DNA of 51,354 bases, filler included, from Catajapyx aquilonaris (taxonomy: Eukaryota), in NCBI GenBank assembly GCA_000934665.2. It is 3 parts of 3 records of this genome, joined end to end, with 100 filler letters (N's around TTAATTAATTAA, not from the genome) between each part and the next. Parts side by side here need not be neighbours in the genome. Positions count along the whole stretch, not along the records: positions 1 to 17,046 come from JYFJ02007047.1; positions 17,147 to 34,199 come from JYFJ02007048.1; 1 more part is not named here. One strand, 5' to 3'. Shown one piece after another: positions 13,190 through 23,500 of this stretch. A program made the position numbers and the translations under genes. Position 1 is the first letter of the stretch, and each line of letters begins with the position of its first letter. The notes beneath the pieces were generated by a model that ran no database searches, was not told the origin of the DNA, and saw only the letters and a program-made list of their open reading frames with translations.

Positions 13190-14013
13190 CCCCTGGGACA
13201 AAACATATATTAGGGCGATTCTCCAAAAACTTCCCGGCATAGTAACTAAAAAATTGTTTGACTCAGAGGTCATTTTTTAAAATGTCTGGAAGCAGTTGAC
13301 TCCTATATAGCCATCCCCAAGCAAACAAAACTATCTATTCAATTACTTTTTACTGCGAAAAATGTATAAAGGCCTAAAAATTATTCTCCTGGCATATGTC
13401 CCGATCGTCTTACAACTTTATCATTAAGATTAGACAAGTTCCAATACTATAATTAAATGGTACATACTTGAAGCTATAAAACCACATTTTCAAAACAATT
13501 TAATCATTTGACACGACCTTGCTGCATCGCTTCAAAGTTTGTCCCAAGTTTTCATGTCACTGTCCTGCCTGCTGGTGCCTCAGGAATTTTTTTAAAAAAA
13601 TTGCAGTGAAATAATTGGATTTTTTACTAAGTTATTTGGCAACACTGCGTCTCTCCACCACCTTGATTTAACTGCAGATTGCTGCGGAAGAGGTACGTTT
13701 CCTATACTGCTATAGTTAAAAAAATTAAGAAGATTTTAATTGATAGAGTTCTTGGTATAGCACATTTTGTGCTCATTCTCCTGGTAGGCATATCATCTAT
13801 ACCACATAATAACTAAAATATTTTGAAATAACTGATTCCATGGCATTAGGGGATGTCATCACCCATTCATTCATCACCTGACAGAAATTGAAATGCAAAT
13901 ATTCCAGGAGAGAAGCCATTTGAGTATGTAGACCTGTTGGGCGGAGAGAAGCCATGCTAGTCCAGCGTCCAATATGGCGATGACGTGGAGTTGAGTCGGG
14001 AAAAGGCTCCGGG

Positions 14014-14220
14014 TTGTTGGTGGCTGGCAGGCGCAACGTGGGGCAAAGGAGGGAAGCGATTTATTTTGCTGGTTTGCATTCTGGTGCCCATTCTGGCCTG
14101 CAGAAGATGTTCCAAGTCACCGACACCCAGAGTTGGTTCATGCCTATTTACATATCCATTATTCAAGTAGTATTCGCACTATGTAATAGACGGGATATAT
14201 TGCCGGCTTGCAGTAGATAG
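14014..14220 (+). mobile_element. Possible LTR-retroelement integrase zinc-binding relic
   Basis: LHSGAHSGLQKMF....SWF resembles the H-x-H..W pattern of the Gypsy integrase H2C2 domain; degenerate. Confidence 0.35.
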
Positions 14221-14819
14221 GCACCCACATAGATTATACAGAGTTATTATTTTTCGGCCGATGACCCGATGCAGTTACAGCATTTGTAGGCTTGTAATAG
14301 TGCAGTTTTTTGTGTGTGAATTTTTTGAATTTTTGTGCTGCTGTTAAGCCGATAATACTACCTGCTGTCACAGGAACCTCGCTTCATCAAATCCACCATA
14401 CAAGCTTATTGCTAGTGATTGGAGGTTGCCTTTACACTAATGGGACTGGCTCAACCACAATCAGTAATGCACGTTCAAAGGACCTGCTGTCCGATGTGGA
14501 ATCAGACTAACCTGTTTACACTGTGTTTATGCTGTGACAGAGTTGCCAATGTGCTGGACAGTCAAGCAACAAGGTGTTTCCACTTTCCAGGAGGTCATTT
14601 CACAATGGGGAGCGCTTTAAAATCACTGTTTCGAGCAATTATATGTGCAACTGCCTGCATTTAAAAATTTTTGGTAGTCCTACATACACAGGTTGCATTG
14701 TGGCAAAAGTGTCGGCTAGACAGGGCATGCCTCTCTTGGGTCAAGTCCAGCATGTCTGGCTCTCGGCACAGTTATGAGTGCATCGAATATGGATGCATCT
14801 CAGGTAGGGACGTCTTGTA

Positions 14820-14960
14820 CTATCAGTCCACCAAGAATTGTCGTAGCGGCAGCCCACGAACTACAGTCTACGAGCACTTCTCCATTGACTTCTCCCCCCA
14901 GAAGTGCTCGTAACTGTAGTTCGTGCGCTGCCGCTACAACAATTCTTGGTGAACTGATAG
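14820..14960. mobile_element. Small foldback MITE
   Basis: ~60-bp arms CTATCAGTCCACCAAGAATTGTCGTAGCGGCAGC... inverted; TA flanks. Confidence 0.7.
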
Positions 14961-15337
14961 TACATGCTCCAAGACTCCTAGAGTAAACAGGCTACATTGT
15001 GTCTGGGTAGCATTTTGACCATGTTTCAACCACATATCCCCCACAGTGTACGCTCACCTTCAGACAACAGCTGTCTAGTGGGTATGGCACAATGGTGAGA
15101 CAAGTAGTAACTTTTCCTCAGCCATGCATTGCCAGGGCCACAATTGGATCACAGTTTGGTTGCTCCTAATTACACAGCCATTGTGTAGCATATTTTTCAA
15201 ATAAATAGTTTTAAGAAATAGGGCATGTCAGATAGACTTTGAAACATCATTAATATTAGCTAGTGAATATTGGTGTAAGACCAGTTTATACCTAAATTAT
15301 TTATTAATGTTTAATTATCTGCTCTTATATTTTTCAG

Positions 15338-15429
15338 AGATTGGTGTGGGTTTGGCAGCCTTTGGTATCACATTTCTCTTCCTTGGAGTGTTGCTCTTGT
15401 TTGACAAGGGACTGCTGGCGATTGGGAAT
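15338..15429 (+). CDS. GOLT1: Vesicle transport protein GOT1 (GOLT1), one internal exon
   Basis: ttttcag|AG...AAT|gtaag, 92 nt, encodes (K)[30 protein letters not shown], which matches the Got1/GOLT1B N-terminal membrane segment. Confidence 0.85.
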
Positions 15430-15447
15430 GTAAGACTTTGTATAGAC

Positions 15448-15773
15448 CAGCCCCCCACAACTCCCAGCCTAGCCATACGGTGATGGTAGCGAACTTAGAA
15501 AGTCTCCACTACCAAGGATTTGGCACCCCCAAACCACTGCAGAGCTCTCGGGATGGGTAGGAAACCTAAACAAGTCCAAGGGCACTGGGTTTTTTTCCCC
15601 TGACACACTGAACAGCATCGCGGCATAGTGCATCATTCCTTCAGCCTCCTTCTGCAGATGCGCCCGCCACCCACCCGAATGCGCCAGAGGCCTCACTGAG
15701 CGCCTGTAGCTCCAAATTCACCATGGCGGAGACTCTAAGTACCCTGCCATATCAGAGGAGTTGCAGGGGGCTG
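15448..15773. mobile_element. hAT MITE in the GOLT1 intron
   Basis: CAGCCCCCC.CAACTCC / GGAGTTGCAGGGGGCTG ends; 8-bp TSD GTATAGAC at 15440-15447 and 15774-15781. Confidence 0.85.
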
Positions 15774-16081
15774 GTATAGACTGTTGGACTGTCTTACATG
15801 GAACAACAAGGAATTTTCTCTTTCTGGTTGCAATGATATTGCCCCATTATACCTACTAACACCAACATTACTGACCATATCATATAAGGTGGCAGGAGAG
15901 GTGCACGGCACCTTAATTAATTTTTAAAAATGTTACTTCAAAGGACCTGTTGCACAAGTGCAATATTCAGGTTCAGGGGGTCTATACTGGTAGAACCGAC
16001 CAGGTAGAGGTGATGAACTCTGACGCCAAAATGACATGAACTGATCTGTGTTGCTTTCCAGGGTTGCAAGGCTGCCAGTTA

Positions 16082-17046
16082 GGGGGCTTCTACATATTAC
16101 GTAACGGGATTTAGGGGGGAGAGGGGGTTTGGGCAAGCGTGACGGTCCATTACATGGGGGAGGGGGGGGGGGGNTGGGTAGCCGTTATGTAACGCATTTG
16201 AACGCACTGTATAAATATTCCGAGTGCGACTCAGCGTGGCTGCGTCATCGTCCGCTGAGTGATGCCTCACAGTATTCCGAATCGGTAAAAACACGTGCGA
16301 AAAAAGGTATTTATGAGTCTTTTCGTAGGAACTTGACAACCTCACTATTTTTATTTTATGCAAGGTATTTATGTGAGTCACATGTTGTACTACTTGTTGA
16401 TTCCATACCTATTGCGTGACAATTGTTCCAGGGACTCAAAGTCATAGAAAAATGACATTTTTGTTCTGGCTATTTTCCCTTTTATATAAAACATGCCCAT
16501 ATTGTAGCTTTAAAAATACGCACCTGTACGTAACGTAGTTCGTTAATTTTTTTCGTTTTTTTCTTCTGAAATACGGGCGACGTGGTGGCGTAGTGGTTTA
16601 ATATTACAAACTCCGCTTCCTCCCACCTCTGGGGTCCCAGGTTCGATCCCCGGATTGGGCCAAGGATTTCCCATATGGGTTGAGTTTCGACGGAGTTCTC
16701 TCCGCGCTTGCGTGGGTTTTATATCGGGGTTCTCCTGTTATAAATTTCCTCCCACACTCCAAAAACCATCTTCCCCTTCCCCTTTCTTTCGCCCTCCACC
16801 CACCCTCCCAAGAGCCTCATAGCCTGAGTCGCCTCGCCTTCACCTTTTTAAACAAATCTTTTGAAATACAGACCATTTCTGTCTATATTAAATTTTAGTA
16901 TCGGTACAAAAGTGTTCTTTTCTTTCACAAGTACAGTAGTTTTACAGTAAACATATTCTTAAAATTATTGCCTTGGTTTATATACATGAAACACGTGGGG
17001 CTCGTTCTGAAGCACGAAATTTTAAAAATAGTGGGCTTTACGTAAC
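16082..17046. mobile_element. Probable PIF/Harbinger-type element, truncated by the contig end
   Basis: TTA-GGGGGCTTCTACATATTACGTAACG start; TACGTAAC motifs recur to the contig end. Confidence 0.4.
16575..16861 (+). mobile_element. tRNA-derived SINE with V-SINE-like core
   Basis: A box TGGCGTAGTGG, B box GGTTCGATCCC, core GTTCTCTCCGCGCTTGCGTGGGTTT...TTTCCTCCCACACTCCAAAAAC; TGAAATAC on both sides. Confidence 0.8.
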
Positions 17047-17146
17047 NNNNNNNNNNNNNNNNNNNNNNNNNNNNNNNNNNNNNNNNNNNNTTAATTAATT
17101 AANNNNNNNNNNNNNNNNNNNNNNNNNNNNNNNNNNNNNNNNNNNN
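17047..17146. other. Artificial contig linker
   Basis: N44-TTAATTAATTAA-N44, stops in all six frames. Confidence 0.97.
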
Positions 17147-18099
17147 TTGCATTCGCTGCTGTTGCTGGCCATACAGCGTAGTTGCCTCTGGTCCATGGGG
17201 AAGATGCTTGGGTCTCACCTGCGTTAAAATATGTGCGATTATAGGAGCATTGCAACATTAAACAGCTGCCACCCCAATTTGACAGCTGGACAAGCACCCA
17301 CAGTGATTGCATGTATGCATGAAAAGTACAGAACACGATGATGTGCCAATTATGCGCAGGTACACCTCTCAACGTACCTGTACGGGTAGAGTACATGACG
17401 CTGATGTCCTCCGGGTGCCACTACTACTTGTCCCGTGCACCTATTCCCAGTCCAGGAGCAGCCAAGCAATGGGGCCCGCAGCAGCATGGAACCACCCACC
17501 CGCCGGCTCCAAGGCTACCTTGACGTCACCCACATGCGACACAGGCGCTTCACTATAAAAGCTGCTCTAAAATAGGGCCATTAAAATGTACCCGTTCCAA
17601 TTCGCACAGAGGGAATGATGATGAGTATTGATTGAAATAGTGGGCACAAATAGTGTTCGTACAACATGCTCGCGAGAGAGAGACCGTGGCTTCTTTCGAA
17701 CACGTTCCAACATGTCTCACTCGAGCAGCAAGTGGTCCTCTCCTGGCCCCTGTTGCCAGATGGATCGGTCTGTACGTGACGCTCAGGAGTAGAGCGAATC
17801 TGGCAACCGCTGGTCAAGATGGCGAGTTCCCTGCGACCCACGTGTGGGAAGACGACCATCATTTGCTTGGCATGTAGATGTACAGTACAAGATTGCCCCC
17901 TCGTGTACCCACAGAGCCAGCGCAGTTGTACCCAGGGGGATGACATACCTACGAAGTGGTCTAGTTCAAAAAGTTGCACTTGAATTACTCTGCCATGGTT
18001 TAATCTAATTTAATTGTAAAATGTGCACAAAATTTGACATCTACAAACCATGATAACTTGTTAATTTATTCAGCAGTAAAATTTTGGTTATCGTTTTAA

Positions 18100-18379
18100 A
18101 GGTGCGTTTACATGTGCCAGATTTGACGAGCTAAGTCTTTGCCGAGCGATAACATCGCTAGGTGACCAGCGTAACCAATATTGGTTGAGGTTAAAGTAAC
18201 AACCGATTTTCGCCTCAAACAATTGGTTGCTTGGGTTACTCATTCAGCAATGTTATCGAATCCTATCGTATGGGGCGAAAATATATTGTTACCATGATTG
18301 TTACTTTCGCCCCAAACAATTGGATTCGTCACTTGGCGATGACATCGCACGACCAAATCGCTCACATTTAAACGCACCT
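18100..18379. mobile_element. TTAA-flanked MITE (Kolobok-like; a related fragment at ~23975-24112)
   Basis: TTAA-AGGTGCGTTTACATGTG ... CACATTTAAACGCACCT-TTAA. Confidence 0.7.
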
Positions 18380-18477
18380 TTAAAATGATAACCAAAAATA
18401 AGAGTACATTTATTTCATATGTTTTGCGGTAATAAGATGTATATAATTTACATTCACTGTACTTCCCTGTACTGCAG

Positions 18478-19330
18478 ATATTCAGCAAATCTGATGTCGA
18501 TGGACTCAAATGCTGAAGGTCTGCGAGTAATTTTGCAATCGACCAGTCGTATATATGCCAGTACACCTGAAAGACAAGTTTTGAATGTGTCCTCGCAGGC
18601 AGGATGAACCAAGACTCTCTTGAGGTAAGACCTGCTATCCATAGCCGTGAGCATAATTAACTGTTCTGTTTCAGAGGTTCTTTGGGATAGTCAGGCTGGC
18701 AGCGGGATCAAAGGATCATCCAGCTACGCCAACATTTCTGCAGCTCCATTAGGTCAGCTGCCTCACAGTACCCCTTCACCATCTTCAGCACCAGTAATAA
18801 GGCCAAACTGCGGAAAAAAATGCATTACTTGTATCAATTACAGGTTATTGCAACATGATAATTAAATATGACATACCCAACAGGAGCCGTTTTGACTACA
18901 TACTGTATGTCTTTGGATGCCCCAATACATTTCATTACTTCCAACATACATAACATCAAGCTTGGGACTGTCGTTGCAGTACGGGCGTACTGAATACTGC
19001 AACAATATAATAAGCCACACCTCTGGTGAATGTGGTTACTAGGCATCAGCACAACACAACTTTATGTTTTTCAAACTGGGGCGGTTCAAGAAGCATTCCG
19101 CCTAAACTTTTTTTTAAATAAGTACGTGTCCAAATTAGAAGCCGCTGCATATAAACTTGGGAGTTGGGAGTCGAGTTTTCCTGTCAAGGTAATCACATGC
19201 GAAACTATAGCACAGGGTTTTACTTTTGCCAGGAGCATCCAATGTTTGCCACATGGAGGAGGATTGGTGATGAAATTGTTGTCCATTATTAGTTATTAGC
19301 AGCTAATATAATGCAAGAATAATTGCTTAA
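18478..19330 (+). pseudogene. Degenerate, intron-containing P-element/THAP9-family transposase (C-terminal half)
   Basis: Manual translation: NAEGLRVILQST / CQY..TSFECVLAGRMNQDSLE, intron 18625-18674, RFFGIVRLAAGSKDHPATPTFLQL, later FDYILYVFG and SKLEAA...CLPHGGGLVMKLL. This matches the P-transposase NQDxLExFFGxxR...NDHP motif; stops and frameshifts present. Confidence 0.8.
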
Positions 19331-19385
19331 TATGATTACACAAGTGATGCCTATACCTCCATCAGCGTACTCATAAAATAATAGC

Positions 19386-19856
19386 ATGTTATCCCTCAGC
19401 GTGATGCCGGCAAGAACTCATTCTGCTAGGCGAGATCCTCCTCAAGCCAAGGATGAGGACCTTGTCCCACCTACCAGCAAACGGTTCAAGGGTTCTTCTC
19501 AACTGAGCATCACAGAGACGAAGGACCAGAGCACTATGTGTGGCTCGAGTGCTTTTTCTGCACCAGCCGAAGAAGATGGAACGAAAGTTGAGGACGACAT
19601 CCTCAGTCAATTATCAGGTAAATGTAAAATACAATTTTACTGCAATTGTTCTGTCTTAACACTTGATTTGGTATGTTTTTCTGGGATGACAGATGGTGAC
19701 GTGCTGAGGTGCAAGGTGTGCATGGAAGCAGAAGTTGATATTGCCTTTTATCTTTGCGGACATGTCATCTGCTGCGAGAAGTGCAGCCGAAAGTTCAAAA
19801 AGTGCCCCATATGCCGGAGGTTCATACGAAAGAAGGCCAAAGTTATCATCCCCTAA
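19386..19856 (+). CDS. IAP/MDM2-type C-terminal RING finger ORF (probable exons 19400-19617 and 19693-19856)
   Basis: CKVCMEAEVDIAFYLCGHVICCEKCSRKFKKCPICRRFIRKKAKVIIP*; candidate acceptor ccctcag|19400 and in-frame GT-AG intron 19618-19692. Confidence 0.75.
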   Translation: MLSLSVMPARTHSARRDPPQAKDEDLVPPTSKRFKGSSQLSITETKDQSTMCGSSAFSAPAEEDGTKVEDDILSQLSGKCKIQFYCNCSVLTLDLVCFSGMTDGDVLRCKVCMEAEVDIAFYLCGHVICCEKCSRKFKKCPICRRFIRKKAKVIIP

Positions 19857-20548
19857 ATTTTCCATGGGCGATGCTCCAAAAATGAGGAACCCCACGGTAC
19901 TTTTGAACTGGAGACTTCATTAGTAGCCGCAAAGTGGCCAAGTGTAACGTAAATCTTTCTTGATGTAATGTTAAAAAAATCGATGACCTGATTGTGGCCA
20001 AATGTAACATAAATGCAATGTCTCTCGATCTATTGCTAATAAAATTAACGACGTGATTGGTATAAATCATCTAGTGCTGACTTGAATAACATTGGGTATG
20101 ACTACAGGTGTAATTTTTTTTCTGTTGCGGTGTTAATCATTTGGATATAATTATTGCAGGTTCCCTTCGTGCTTACGTGACTGGGGAGGGCAAAAGATAC
20201 CTTTACATAATTATAGTCCGCTTGATTAGGCTCCAAGACCCTTCACATGCAAAGTGTTGAGAACATTCAGAAATATAGAATAGTTTGACATGTAATAATT
20301 TTTACCAGATATGCTGCAAAATTATTATGACCATAAGTAAATTTTTGGATATGCTCCTGCATTTTAAAATATTCTATCATTACATCCTACTTATGTAGTA
20401 TCAAGCTTGGAGTTGCAGGTAAGTTTAGCAGCTTATAATAAAACTGAAGAATAATTTGAGCACCATTTATTGACACCTTTTTCCCACTGGAATTATTTTC
20501 AATCTAGTTTACAATGACTCGAGTCCCACAATATTCCTCCTACATTCC

Positions 20549-23500
20549 TCACTTGACACTGCTTGCTTTGTCTTTCTCTGATACTGTCTCCTCCTCCTGC
20601 AATGCCTGCAGTGCGGGCAAGAGAGCCAGTGCCAGGCACATCTCTGGGTGGCCATCGGGCAGCCTAGCCAGGACGTGAGCTAGAAGTTGCGATGTCAAGG
20701 CCAGTGTGGAAGGCTGGCTGTGCCTCGCAATCTGGTCTAGTCCTTGCAGCCAGTTGGAAGCTTCGGGATTCAACCGAGCCAACCTGTGCGCACTGCTGGA
20801 TGGCTGATGGAGTAACACCACGTGGTACAGTCGCTGCCCCACAACCAGCAGCAGCTGGGATGCCAGCCTTGTGCCCTCTTGGACAGTACTTAACATCTCT
20901 TCAGCTAATAAATCATGGCCTGCAGTGTACAGGGCACAGATGTAATGCCTCCGAAGAGGATCCCTGTCTAGACCCCAGTGTTGTGCAAGATCCAAGCATC
21001 GTCCATACCAGTAGCTGGCTGTGGACACTTCATCCCCGTTTTGTATGCTCTGTGCCGCACCCAGCAGTGCCTTCTGGAGGAATTGTTGCCTGGAAGCTGT
21101 CAGAGTTGGGTCGGCTTCGATCTCACGCCTCATGACCCCAAGGTCATGTCGAACCATGGCCTCTCGATCATGGGAATTAAAGAGCGAGAGGGGACGGACC
21201 CCTTTCAGGCCCAACGCCATCATGGCTCGAAGCACCATTGCTAGCTGAAGATGGAGTATCAGTGGGCTTTCTTGTGGAACAGGCTGACGAAGTGCCAGCT
21301 GATGTAATGGCGGAGGGCCTCGTTCTTCCTGCTCATCCTCACCCTGATCTGGTTCATCTTCATAGTTGCCTGTTTCAAGCAACAATTCAAGAAGCTCCTG
21401 GCAAGCAGTCAGAAAAGAGGGAAGTTTGGTTTCCCCAAATCCAAGCTCACGAAGGCAGGCCCTGTCTCCCACCGTCCCCTTTCCAGCACGTTCCAGCAAT
21501 TGGGCTGCTCCTGCAAATGCCTTCCCGACATGGGCCGCCCACAGCATAGAGGCAGCGCCACGTCTGAGCTTCTCCCGCTGGACAAGTCGAAGGCACCGGA
21601 CTGCAGCTCCAACTTCCCACTGAACCACAGTTGGCCCTCCATTGGTCGGCTGAGGGTTGAGTAGGTGACGCTGCCATTCCAGGGACAGTTCCCATGCCCA
21701 GTTGGCAAGCACCACATCTGTTGAGAGGTGGTGCCCTGGAAAACTGGACTGCAACAGCTTCAAGCTTGAAACCACTTCAGAGTCTTCATCTGCTGCCACC
21801 AGCGCTTCAGGGGTCAACCCTGTCGATCCCACCCAGCGGGACACCCACTCTGCCACTGCACCTGGATTGGAAAAGACATGTAATATGGGGAACACAGCCC
21901 TTCAGAAACAGGACATTACCTGGTCCCCTGTCAGAAAATGTTGCCAGAGTGAGGCACTTGATTTCTACAGGTGGCAATTTAGGCAGTGGTTCAGCTTTGG
22001 CATCTGGCTCCAGACTCCTCCTCTTCCCAGATCTGACGACTCTCTGCAGGACTAGCAACTGTTCCAGACGTCTGATGCATGCATTCCACCTGACAGTGTC
22101 CATCGAGACACCTTCCCAATCCTCAAGGTCAGAAGTGACTCCACTCTGCTTCTGCTCCAACCGGGCGCCAGTTGCTCTGCAGCAAACAGATCCAGAGAGG
22201 CAGCGAGACAGCTTCGCAGATCGGGACAGGACGGATCGTGCTGTGTCCCACCAGGCAGCCATGTCTTCAGGTGTGGAAATGTCATGGTCTGGGAGAATGC
22301 TAATGGCCTCCAGGACACGGCAAAAGGAAGTCATCTCAAGGGCTGATGTCAACTCAGGAGCACGAGACAGCCAGGCTTGGAGGGCCAGAATCAGGAGGTC
22401 CTTGGAGGTCAGGAGAAGGTTGTTGTCGGATTCCAAAGTCATGTGCTTTGCCCAACTGTCCAAGCAGTCAGGACGGTCAATGCAGACACCAACCAAAAGG
22501 CAGCCTGGTGAATAAATGCGCACAGGATTATTATTTCACTCTCAGTGGTTTGAACAAGCTACCAGTGCACGAAGAGTTAAAAAATCAAATCGACCCTGTA
22601 TCACTCGGGTTATTAAGGGTGCATCAGTTTCATGTCATATTGATAAGTTTGGCAAGTCATTATTTGCAATGGTCACTGACTTGATCAACAATATTCGAGT
22701 GAAGACATTAAATTAGGAAGTGCCATAGTTTGCACAGTTTTTAAAAAGCGATATTGTACTACCAACAGGACACATTGCAGAATGCTAACACCCTAGCTTC
22801 TAACATAAGTAGACAAATGCAACGTCGACACTTTACCTAGACTCTGCAGATCTCGATCAGCCATGTCTTCTCCAAGTTCCACCTCCTCCCCACCCACCTC
22901 AAAGCAGGACAGAAACTCATGCAAGGACAACAGTGATCCTTCATCTTCAAACCTTACTGAAGTCTTATCAACATTCTCTCTCTTGGGCAGATCTTCTGTG
23001 GCCTCTTGCCCAACCTCTTCCTTATCCAGCTCTAGCGTTGACCGAACAAGATGATCCGTCTCAGCCTTTGACATCATCAGTGTCACACTCAGGTCCTCCA
23101 TGTTAGGCTCTTTTTGAAGTGAGTCATAGGCTGGAGGTGCCTGTGCCAATTCCACGCTGAAAGTATACATTCGCAACAGTTGTGACAACTGCTGGTTGAG
23201 TCTGGCCAAGACGTCCACGTCTGGCTCCCCGGCAGAGTTGTCTGGCTGCAATGCCTGCAGGGCTGTCTGTAGCATGTCCGCTGATACATTCCTGCTGCGT
23301 GCCAGCACCCTCAGAGCCTGTACCTTCACCGAGGCAGTTTTTATGTCACTCAGAAGGCGACGTACTTCCCCTTGAGTGTGATCGTCTGGTTCTCCAGATC
23401 CGACCATTCCCCGAAGGTTGCGTAGAAGGTGCAGGTCTCTAGCACGTCTCCCACTTCGATCCCCCAAAGCCAAGTGGAAAGGGACTCGCACGACCCTCAG

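Noticed and set aside
17091..17102. TTAATTAATTAA as a biological motif (also at 34244-34255)
   Set aside because: Centred in N runs; a standard six-frame-stop linker
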